Shown piece after piece: positions 10,254 to 18,011 of a stretch of DNA of 62,135 bases; position 1 is the stretch's first letter, and each line of letters starts with the position of its first letter. A program made the translations under genes and the position numbers. The stretch is from an uncultured Clostridia bacterium (GTDB lineage Bacteria > Bacillota > Clostridia > Oscillospirales > JAAYOS01): positions 1 through 62,135 of the forward strand of contig CALXFK010000091.1 of the NCBI GenBank assembly GCA_944387575.1, given 5' to 3'. The notes beneath the pieces were generated by a model. It was given only the letters and a program-made list of their open reading frames with translations. It was not told the origin of the DNA and made no database searches.

Positions 10254-10364
10254 ATGAAGAACGCGTATGTTGAGTTTAATGCAGTGCTCAATGGTGGCGC
10301 TTGCGATGCGGGTGGCGCGGTTGTATTCGCGTCCGAAAATAAATATTATACGGTCTGTGCGTAG
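10254..10364 (+). CDS. Putative 36-aa leader peptide MKNAYVEFNAVLNGGACDAGGAVVFASENKYYTVCA
   Basis: Strong SD (AAGGAGG) 7 nt before ATG, just downstream of the promoter; too short for the supplied ORF track. Confidence 0.7.
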   Translation: MKNAYVEFNAVLNGGACDAGGAVVFASENKYYTVCA

Positions 10365-10456
10365 ATGATGAAGTGTACTTATATAGCGCGGACCGTAAGG
10401 TCCGCGCTATAAAGCTATAAATATAAAATAGCTGCGGATATTCCGCAGCTATTTTT
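10349..10456 (+). promoter_or_regulatory. Transcription attenuator with mutually exclusive hairpins ending in an intrinsic terminator
   Basis: Perfect 13-bp hairpin 10382-10411 (GTAA loop); terminator 10425-10456 with T run; alternative pairings 10349-60:10386-97 and 10401-10:10428-38. Confidence 0.75.
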
Positions 10457-10501
10457 GTATCTTAAAAGAATTATAAATTACGGAGAGGGAGTGCAACAAG
10501 T

Positions 10502-12334
10502 ATGAATCGTATGCGCCTCAAAGCACTTTGGGGCTACATGAAGGGGTTCCGCTGGATGCTGGTAGTGGGTCTTGTACTCATGGCGGGCGAGCTGTTCCTT
10601 TCATTTATCTCGCCGCTCGTTCTTTCGGTAACTATCGACACGGTGCTGGATGACAATCCGGTAAACGTCCCCGTCTATTTTAGGTGGTTCGTGGATGGCA
10701 TCCTTGGAGGTGATACCGGTATTCGCGCAAACGTCGAGCGCAGCCTCTGGATAATGGCAATTGCGATGATAGTGTTCCGGCTGTTGAGTGGCGCGCTTAC
10801 ATTTTCCAGAAGTTATGTAAACTCGATGGCGAGTGAAAAGACCGTCGAGCGGGTGCGCGACCGGTTTTATGCGCATGTGCAGCGACTGCCGTTTCAGTAT
10901 CATGTTGGAGCACAGACGGGCGACCTGATACAGCGCGCGACCAACGACATGGAGACGATGCGCAGGTTTATCACCGGGACGATGCTCGAGTTTGTACGGA
11001 CCATACTGCTGTTTGTGGTGGGTATATTTGTAATGGCGGGAATGCATGTACCGCTCACGCTGATAACATTGTCACTTGCACCGTTTCTGGTGCTGGTGAG
11101 CCTGATATTTTTCAACCGAATACAGAAGCTCTTCCTTGTGCTTGAGCAGGAGGAGGGGCAGATGTACACTGTCGTGCAGGAGAATCTGACCGGAATGCGT
11201 GTGGTACGGGCGTTTGGTCGAGAGCGGTTTGAGCTCGACAAGTTTACCGACACCAACAGCAGGCTTCGTGAAAAGACGGTGAAACTGAACTACGCATTTG
11301 CAAACCTCTGGTCGGCTCTCGACCTTGTGAGCGGTTTGCAGATATCGCTTGTCGCAATTTTCGGAATAATATACACCGTAAACGGCAGTCTGTCGCTCGG
11401 TGAATACACTGCGTTCCTTTCATATGTGTACACGTTCATATGGCCGCTTCGAGGGTTCGGAAGAGTGCTTTCCGACTTTGGTCGCTCGCTTATCGCGGTC
11501 GGACGAATTCAGGAGGTGTTGGGCGAACAGGAGGAGGACCCGGTGGCTGACGGCGAAATGCCGCCTCTGTCGGGGGACATAGACTTCAAAAACGTCAACT
11601 TCAGCTATGACAAGGGGCAGAGTGTACTCCACGACCTGAATATGCACATTGCCGGAGGGAGCACCGTAGCTATTCTCGGCGGAACCGGAAGCGGTAAGAG
11701 CACAGTGGTGCAGCTTCTTCAGCGGCTGTATGACATTGATTCAGGAGAAATAACGATCGGCGGCGTCGATATTACCGGGATTTCAAAGGATTATCTGCGC
11801 GATCACATAGGTATCGTGTTACAGGAGCCGTTTCTCTATTCTAAGACCATATTTGACAATATAGGCATAAAGTATGAACAGTTGGACAGCGAGCGCGTGT
11901 ATGAGGCGGCGCGTGTCGCGGCTATACACGACGACATCGAATCGTTTGAGAACGGATACGACACGGTCGTCGGAGAGCGCGGAGTGACACTTTCAGGAGG
12001 TCAGAAGCAGCGTGTGGCGATAGCCCGCGCGCTTATAGGTGACAGCGACATCCTGATATTTGACGACTCGCTTTCTGCGGTCGATGCAAAGACCGACGCA
12101 CAGATACGTGGCGCACTCGCGTCAAGGAGAAAGGGAACCACAACGATAATAATCTCACACCGCATAACCACGCTCATGGAGGCGGATCACATATTCGTCA
12201 TGAAGGATGGTGCAATTGCGGAGGAGGGTACGCACGAGGAACTGCTGGCGCTTGGTGGAATATACCGGCGCACATACGATATTCAGAGCCTGACGGCGGA
12301 AGAACCGGAGATTGAAAGGGGGGACAGGCAGTGA
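10502..12334 (+). CDS. Heterodimeric ABC exporter subunit 1 (TMD-NBD, multidrug type)
   Basis: TM domain, Walker A GGTGSGKS, signature LSGGQ, degenerate Walker B ILIFDD. Confidence 0.93.
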   Translation: MNRMRLKALWGYMKGFRWMLVVGLVLMAGELFLSFISPLVLSVTIDTVLDDNPVNVPVYFRWFVDGILGGDTGIRANVERSLWIMAIAMIVFRLLSGALTFSRSYVNSMASEKTVERVRDRFYAHVQRLPFQYHVGAQTGDLIQRATNDMETMRRFITGTMLEFVRTILLFVVGIFVMAGMHVPLTLITLSLAPFLVLVSLIFFNRIQKLFLVLEQEEGQMYTVVQENLTGMRVVRAFGRERFELDKFTDTNSRLREKTVKLNYAFANLWSALDLVSGLQISLVAIFGIIYTVNGSLSLGEYTAFLSYVYTFIWPLRGFGRVLSDFGRSLIAVGRIQEVLGEQEEDPVADGEMPPLSGDIDFKNVNFSYDKGQSVLHDLNMHIAGGSTVAILGGTGSGKSTVVQLLQRLYDIDSGEITIGGVDITGISKDYLRDHIGIVLQEPFLYSKTIFDNIGIKYEQLDSERVYEAARVAAIHDDIESFENGYDTVVGERGVTLSGGQKQRVAIARALIGDSDILIFDDSLSAVDAKTDAQIRGALASRRKGTTTIIISHRITTLMEADHIFVMKDGAIAEEGTHEELLALGGIYRRTYDIQSLTAEEPEIERGDRQ

Positions 12335-14166
12335 GCAGTGCGATTAAAGAGAAGGAATACCAGGGGCAGAAAATAAACTTTGGAACCTGGAGAAAAATTC
12401 TGAGTTATGCGGGAAGAAAAAAGAAATATATATACACCGCACTGATATGCGGTGCGCTCACCGGAATCCTTGACCTGTTCACGTCGCTATTATCCCGCTG
12501 GGCGATAGACGATTTCATATCCAAAAGTTCGCTTGGCGGATTTTCGTGGTTCATATTTGCGTACCTTGCGGTGCAGACGCTGTTTGCAGTTTTCACATGG
12601 TTTTTTTCACGGGCGTGCGGAAACCTCGAGGCGAACATGACCGCGGACATACGCGAGGAGGCATTCTCAAAGCTCCAGACACTCTCGTTTTCCTACTTTG
12701 ACAGGACATCGGTCGGGCACCTGCTCGCGAGGATGACCACCGATGTCAGTCGTACCGTCGAGACAATTTCATGGTGCTTTATCGACCTCGGATGGGGAGT
12801 GATGGCAATAATTGCGAGCATCGTAGGTATGCTGATAATCGAGTGGAAGCTCGCACTGATACTGCTTGCTGCGCTCCCGCTGCTGGTGTTGATAAGCATT
12901 GCGTTCCAGAAGCGGATACTCCGTTTCCAGCGCGAGACTCGGCGGCTCAACAGCATGATAACTTCGTCTTTCAACGAGGGAATCATGGGCGCACGCACCA
13001 CAAAGACACTCGTGCGGGAGAAACTGAACGACCGCGAGTTCTTCGTGACCGCGTCTGATATGCGCTCCGCATCCATGAGAGCGGTGGCAATATCCGCGCT
13101 TTATATGCCGGTTGCGTCGATGGTGATAAGCATAGCAGTCGGCGCGGTGCTGGTAGGCGGCGGCTACAATGTGATGGATGGGCTTCTAACCATCGGTACT
13201 CTGAACTTCTTTATAAACATCGGCAACATGATGTTCGAGCCGATACGCAACTTCACTCGCATTTTCGCAGACTTCCAGTCCTCGCAGGCGGCGGCGGAGC
13301 GTGTTATAGACGTGCTAATGGAGGAGCCAGAGATAGTCGACGGAGATGATATAGTCAAAAAGTATGGCGACATGTTCGACGCAAATCGTGAAAACTGGGA
13401 GCCGATACGCGGCGATGTAGAGTTCAAAAACGTGAGCTTCTGGTACAAGGACGGGGAGAAGGTTCTCAAGAACTTCAATCTAACCGTAAAGGCGGGGGAG
13501 AACATAGCGCTAGTTGGCGAAACGGGAAGCGGCAAGAGTACGATAGTCAACCTTGTCTGCCGGTTCTACGAGCCGCAGGAGGGTGAAATACTGATCGACG
13601 GCAAGGACATCCGCTCGCGCAGCCAGCTGTGGCTACAGTCGAGTCTTGGCTATGTGCTTCAGTCGCCACACCTGTTCAGCGGAAGCATAATGGAGAACAT
13701 CCGGTACGGAAGACTGAACGCAACCGACGAAGAGGTGATCGCGGCAGCGGAGATGGTGGGCGCCGACGCATTCATTCGGGCTCTCGAAAAGGGGTATGAC
13801 ACCGAAGTCGGCGAGGGCGGTGGACTGCTCTCCACCGGGCAGAAGCAGCTCATCTCGTTTGCACGCGCGATAATCGCTGACCCGAAGATATTCGTACTCG
13901 ACGAGGCTACAAGCTCGATAGACACCGAGAGCGAGGTCAAGATACAGAAGGCGAGCGAGGCGCTGTTGCACGGGAGAACCAGCTTCATTATTGCTCACAG
14001 ACTTTCGACCATAAGAAACGCTGACCGCATCCTCGTCATCGACAAGGGCGAGATACTTGAACAGGGTAGCCACACTGAGCTTATGAAAAAGCGCGGCTAC
14101 TACTACGAGCTGTACACGAATCAGTTCAAAAATGACCGCGAGCTCGAGTCGCTTGCCGCGCTGTAA
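12331..14166 (+). CDS. Heterodimeric ABC exporter subunit 2 (TMD-NBD)
   Basis: GTGA overlap with subunit 1; GETGSGKS, degenerate signature LSTGQ, consensus Walker B FVLDE, IAHRLST. Confidence 0.93.
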   Translation: MSSAIKEKEYQGQKINFGTWRKILSYAGRKKKYIYTALICGALTGILDLFTSLLSRWAIDDFISKSSLGGFSWFIFAYLAVQTLFAVFTWFFSRACGNLEANMTADIREEAFSKLQTLSFSYFDRTSVGHLLARMTTDVSRTVETISWCFIDLGWGVMAIIASIVGMLIIEWKLALILLAALPLLVLISIAFQKRILRFQRETRRLNSMITSSFNEGIMGARTTKTLVREKLNDREFFVTASDMRSASMRAVAISALYMPVASMVISIAVGAVLVGGGYNVMDGLLTIGTLNFFINIGNMMFEPIRNFTRIFADFQSSQAAAERVIDVLMEEPEIVDGDDIVKKYGDMFDANRENWEPIRGDVEFKNVSFWYKDGEKVLKNFNLTVKAGENIALVGETGSGKSTIVNLVCRFYEPQEGEILIDGKDIRSRSQLWLQSSLGYVLQSPHLFSGSIMENIRYGRLNATDEEVIAAAEMVGADAFIRALEKGYDTEVGEGGGLLSTGQKQLISFARAIIADPKIFVLDEATSSIDTESEVKIQKASEALLHGRTSFIIAHRLSTIRNADRILVIDKGEILEQGSHTELMKKRGYYYELYTNQFKNDRELESLAAL

Positions 14167-14189
14167 GACGATATATATATCAATATATA

Positions 14190-14747
14190 TCAGAGAATGC
14201 CTACGTGTTCGAGCAGTATTTTACTGCCAATAAGAATAAGGACTATTCCGCCGCAGAGTTCTGCGGCGGAACGGCATTTTGCACCGAAAATTCCGCCGAG
14301 TATCACCCCGACTGCGCTGAGCACGAAGGTGACAATGCCGATAAGAGTAACTGCGGGAAGTATGCTCACGCCGAGGACGCCGAAGGTTATACCGATGGCA
14401 AGAGCGTCGATGCTTGTAGCGACCGCGAGCGGGAGCATCGCCTTTGGACCGAAGGATGCCTCGAGCTGCTCGGCTGAACCGCGCGATTCGCGGATCATAT
14501 TTATGCCGATTATCGTGAGCAGAACGAATGCCACCCAGTGGTCGATATTGGTTATAAAGGATTCGAGCTGCGTTCCGAGAAAGTATCCGATAAGCGGCAT
14601 TATTGCCTGAAATCCGCCGAAATAAAGACCGGCAAGTGCACAGCTTTTGACAGAAGCTTTGCCGACCGATAGTCCTTTGCAGATGGATACTGCAAAGGCG
14701 TCCATTGCAAGTCCGATAGCGATAAGTAAAAGTTCAATAGTCCCCAT
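14190..14747 (-). CDS. mntP: Manganese efflux pump MntP
   Basis: AIGLAMDAFAVS, IDHWVAF, LAVATSIDALA; lies downstream of a yybP-ykoY riboswitch. Confidence 0.93.
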   Translation of the reverse strand: MGTIELLLIAIGLAMDAFAVSICKGLSVGKASVKSCALAGLYFGGFQAIMPLIGYFLGTQLESFITNIDHWVAFVLLTIIGINMIRESRGSAEQLEASFGPKAMLPLAVATSIDALAIGITFGVLGVSILPAVTLIGIVTFVLSAVGVILGGIFGAKCRSAAELCGGIVLILIGSKILLEHVGIL

Positions 14748-14839
14748 GTTTCCTCCTGCATTTTATATTTCATGTGTTGCTCTGCCGCTTGGACGGCGGA
14801 GCGTGTTTTATCAGCAGGGCATAAGCCGGCGCTACGCAT

Positions 14840-14958
14840 AAAAATGACGAGACTTATCCTTTGGGCATGGATAAGTCTCGTCATTTAATGCTGAACCAGA
14901 AGCAAAAGCTCCAGTATGTTGGCACAGCCACGGCGTCGCGTTGACTACTCCCTTACTT
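14840..14958 (-). ncRNA. yybP-ykoY (Mn2+) riboswitch with terminator expression platform
   Basis: Minus strand TAAGGGAGTAG...GCCAACATACTGG...GACGAGACTTA, followed by an 18-bp hairpin (14842-14886) and T run. Confidence 0.88.
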
Positions 14959-14976
14959 ACGGTATTGAATTGTTGG

Positions 14977-15555
14977 TCAATCGAGTTCGTCGAGCGTGAG
15001 TTCAAACGAATCGATAAACTTCTCAAGAAAGTACCTGAGCTCTCTGAGCTCGATTGCGTCGAGTGCCGCCCGGGTCTGTTCCGCCGCCTTCTTGAATTCG
15101 GCGTTTCCTGCGCGAAGTTCTTCAACGCACTTGATGTACGCCGCAAGTTTGTCCGCTGCTTTAACTATCGCATAGACGTCGTTCGGCAGTTCCTCGCGGA
15201 TAAGCGGAGTATATTCGGTTTGCAGCTCTTTGGGAAGCATCGCTATTATCCTGTTCGCGGAGACCTTCTCGACCGCCTTGTAGGCATCCTTTATCGCAGG
15301 ATTAAAATATTTGACTGGAGTGGGCAGATCGCCGGTGAGGATCTCGCTTGCGTCGTGGAACAACGCCGCTGCCGCGCACTGCCCTGGATCGGCGTCACCG
15401 CCGAACACGTCTCGGTTTATCACTGCGAGGGCGTGTGCGAGGACTGCGGTCATGTGCGAGTGCTCGGACAGGTTTTCCGGGTCGGAATTACGCATTAGTC
15501 CCCAGCGCCGGATATGTTTCATGCGCGAAATTAGGGCAAAAAAGTGATAGCTCAT
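14977..15555 (-). CDS. yfbR: HD-domain 5'-deoxynucleotidase YfbR
   Basis: RMKHIRRWGLMRN, ENLSEHS, FHDASEILTGDLPTPVKY, VKAADKL. Confidence 0.92.
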   Translation of the reverse strand: MSYHFFALISRMKHIRRWGLMRNSDPENLSEHSHMTAVLAHALAVINRDVFGGDADPGQCAAAALFHDASEILTGDLPTPVKYFNPAIKDAYKAVEKVSANRIIAMLPKELQTEYTPLIREELPNDVYAIVKAADKLAAYIKCVEELRAGNAEFKKAAEQTRAALDAIELRELRYFLEKFIDSFELTLDELD

Positions 15556-16658
15556 TTCATACGACCGAGCAGCTTGTTTATCTTCTCGGTGGGAGAGAGG
15601 AGCGAGCTTATCGAGCTATCGCAGTTCATGGTATCGACAAGCAACGCTATAAGTTTTGTCATATCGACCGGGGTGTACCACTCGCGCTGCGCGAGCTCGT
15701 CGGGTATATAAATGACATTGGTGGTGAATATCCTGTCGAAGAGATTGGAGGCATATGCCTCGTCAAAGCGCTCAAAGCCGTTGCAGAAGAGACCGAAAGT
15801 CGAGAACACGAATATCCGCTTCGCACCGCGTGCCTTGAGCTGGTAGCAAACGTCGAGCATCGAGCTGCCGGACGATATCATATCGTCGACGACTATCGCA
15901 TCCTTGCCCGCGATGTCGTTTCCGAGGAACTCGTGGGCGACTATAGGGTTGCTACCGTTTACGACGACCGAGTAGTCGCGGCGCTTATAGAAGGTGCCGA
16001 GGTCGACTCCGATCATCGTGGCGTAGTACATTGCTCGGGATATAGCTCCCTCGTCAGGGGAGATAACGACGGTATTGCCGTGGGAGAAATCAATGTCCGG
16101 AACGGTATGAACAAGCGCCTTGAGCATCTGGTAGACTGGCTGGACGCTGTCGAAACCGTGGTTCGGGATCGCGTTCTGAACGCGGGTATCGTGCGCGTCG
16201 CAGGTTATTATGTTAGTGACGCCCATCGCTACGAGCTCCTGAAGCGCTATCGCACAGTCGAGCGATTCGCGTGCGGCACGGCGGTGTTGCCTTCCCTCAT
16301 AGAGCATCGGCATAATAACGGTGGTGCGACGCTGTTTTCCGGCGCACGCACCGAGCACGCGCTTGAGATCCTGGAAGTGGTCATCGGGGCTCATGGGGAC
16401 CTCACGACCAAACATTTTGTATGTGACACCGTAGTTTGCGATGTCGCAGATTATATAGATATCATGACCACGGACCGTTTCATTTACGATCCCCTTGCCT
16501 TCGCCATTGCCAAACCGGGGTAGAGAGACGCTTGTGATGTAGCTTTTGTCGCTGCCTCGCCATTCGCGTATGTAGTTGTCTACTCGTGAAACAAAATTTT
16601 CGCACCCGTGAAGCGCAATAATGCTGAGTTCCCCAACCGGCTGCCTGATATCTTCCAT
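15552..16658 (-). CDS. prs: Ribose-phosphate pyrophosphokinase
   Basis: RFGNGEG, ETVRGHD, ISPDEGA, VVDDMISSGSS; start at MEDIRQ after GGAGG. Confidence 0.92.
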   Translation of the reverse strand: MEDIRQPVGELSIIALHGCENFVSRVDNYIREWRGSDKSYITSVSLPRFGNGEGKGIVNETVRGHDIYIICDIANYGVTYKMFGREVPMSPDDHFQDLKRVLGACAGKQRRTTVIMPMLYEGRQHRRAARESLDCAIALQELVAMGVTNIITCDAHDTRVQNAIPNHGFDSVQPVYQMLKALVHTVPDIDFSHGNTVVISPDEGAISRAMYYATMIGVDLGTFYKRRDYSVVVNGSNPIVAHEFLGNDIAGKDAIVVDDMISSGSSMLDVCYQLKARGAKRIFVFSTFGLFCNGFERFDEAYASNLFDRIFTTNVIYIPDELAQREWYTPVDMTKLIALLVDTMNCDSSISSLLSPTEKINKLLGRMK

Positions 16659-16788
16659 GTTAACCTCCGTCATCTGATGTATTTTAAGTCAACCAACGGC
16701 GTATTCACATACATCAATTATAGCCAAAACGGCGCGGATTACAAGGGCAGACAGCACAATTTGTCTATATTTACAAATGGAACTTGCT

Positions 16789-17940
16789 TTATTCGGCAAT
16801 ATCGTCAAAAAAGTCACATAATTTCTCTCCGAAAAGCTCTATAGAGAGCAGTGCCTCACGCAGGGTGTTGCCGGAGGCTCCAACTTCCACGATGAGCGAC
16901 CCTTCGGTGAGGTGCTGATTGTAGCGCGATCGTGATAGTGCTATGGGTCGCATCAGGTTCGGGTATTCGTCGACTATGTACTTTTGAAGGTGCACGGCAA
17001 AGGTGAGGTTCCTGCGCCAGTTGTCGTGGGCAAGACCGCTGCTATCGGTGCCGACAACAAGCATCATCTGTGCGGCGCGTCCGGAGGGGGTGTCGTCCAC
17101 CACCCGGTATATCGAGCCGCTCGCCGATGTTATTGCGTCGCGGTGTATATCGATGACCGAACAAGCGTCGGGGTTTTCGGCTATCGCAGCCTCAAGTGCG
17201 GCAAGCGCGCGGGTATATGAGCCGGTGTATGACGGATAGTCAAAAATCTCGCGGATATGCGTGACTTTGAAGCCGCGCTCGGTGAGCTTGTCTGCAAGCG
17301 CGTCGCCAAGGCGCACGACATTGTAATTTGTGTCCTCGGTGCGTTGCACGTCGGTCGGTTCATATATATCCTCTCCGTCGGGGTAGAACGCTTCGCTCGA
17401 GTGAGTGTGAATAATAATTATGTGCTGCGGTGCCTTGCGCACCGATTCAGGTAGTTCGCTTTCAAGATAGGAGCGGATGTCAAGTTCATAGTTGGTTTCG
17501 TTTTTTACAAACACACCGTCATAATTTGCGTGCCACGACGAGCTGTCGGCGGTCACGGTGACCGTGTGTACCGATGGGTCGGTGTCGACCGCGGAGGGTG
17601 TCACGCTGGGGTCTGGGGACGGGGAGTCCGAAGCTGTGGTGGAAGGGTCTGGGGTTGCGGTTGGGTTTGTTGCAGTCTGATCTGTTGGACTGTAGGAAGG
17701 TTCGGGCGTGGTGGAGGGCGGTGCCGCGAGCACTCCGGTGTAATCGCCCTGCGAAGAGCCGAGGTGGGTGCCGTTAAACGCGGCGTCGGTCAGTGAATCT
17801 GGCGGTAGAAACGCGCCCTCTTTTGCTCCGTAGCAAAGAATGAGCATCAGAACTCCGGTTGCGAGCGCAAGAAAAAAGACCGCTTTCAGTTTGCCAGTAG
17901 TCGAGCTGGTTTTCAATCTCCTTGGTTTTGACTTTCTCAT
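16789..17940 (-). CDS. spoIIP: Stage II sporulation amidase/endopeptidase SpoIIP
   Basis: N-terminal TM, Pro/Thr/Ser linker, HTHSSEA, DIHRD, RYNQH, IVEVGASGNTLREA. Confidence 0.9.
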   Translation of the reverse strand: MRKSKPRRLKTSSTTGKLKAVFFLALATGVLMLILCYGAKEGAFLPPDSLTDAAFNGTHLGSSQGDYTGVLAAPPSTTPEPSYSPTDQTATNPTATPDPSTTASDSPSPDPSVTPSAVDTDPSVHTVTVTADSSSWHANYDGVFVKNETNYELDIRSYLESELPESVRKAPQHIIIIHTHSSEAFYPDGEDIYEPTDVQRTEDTNYNVVRLGDALADKLTERGFKVTHIREIFDYPSYTGSYTRALAALEAAIAENPDACSVIDIHRDAITSASGSIYRVVDDTPSGRAAQMMLVVGTDSSGLAHDNWRRNLTFAVHLQKYIVDEYPNLMRPIALSRSRYNQHLTEGSLIVEVGASGNTLREALLSIELFGEKLCDFFDDIAE

Positions 17941-17943
17941 ATG

Positions 17944-17999
17944 TAAAACACCTCCGCGCAAAGACATTCAAATCTATGCGCGGAGGTGTGTTCATATGA
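17944..17999 (-). terminator. thrS terminator overlapping the spoIIP RBS and a sigmaE-like promoter
   Basis: 13-bp inverted repeat 17948-60/17977-89 with T tail on the minus strand; TCATAT-15-CATAGATT. Confidence 0.65.
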
Positions 18000-18011
18000 T
18001 TGAGTTTAGGA

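Noticed and set aside
14169-14191. AT-only palindrome between the ABC exporter and mntP
   Set aside because: Low-complexity TA run; at most a weak terminator
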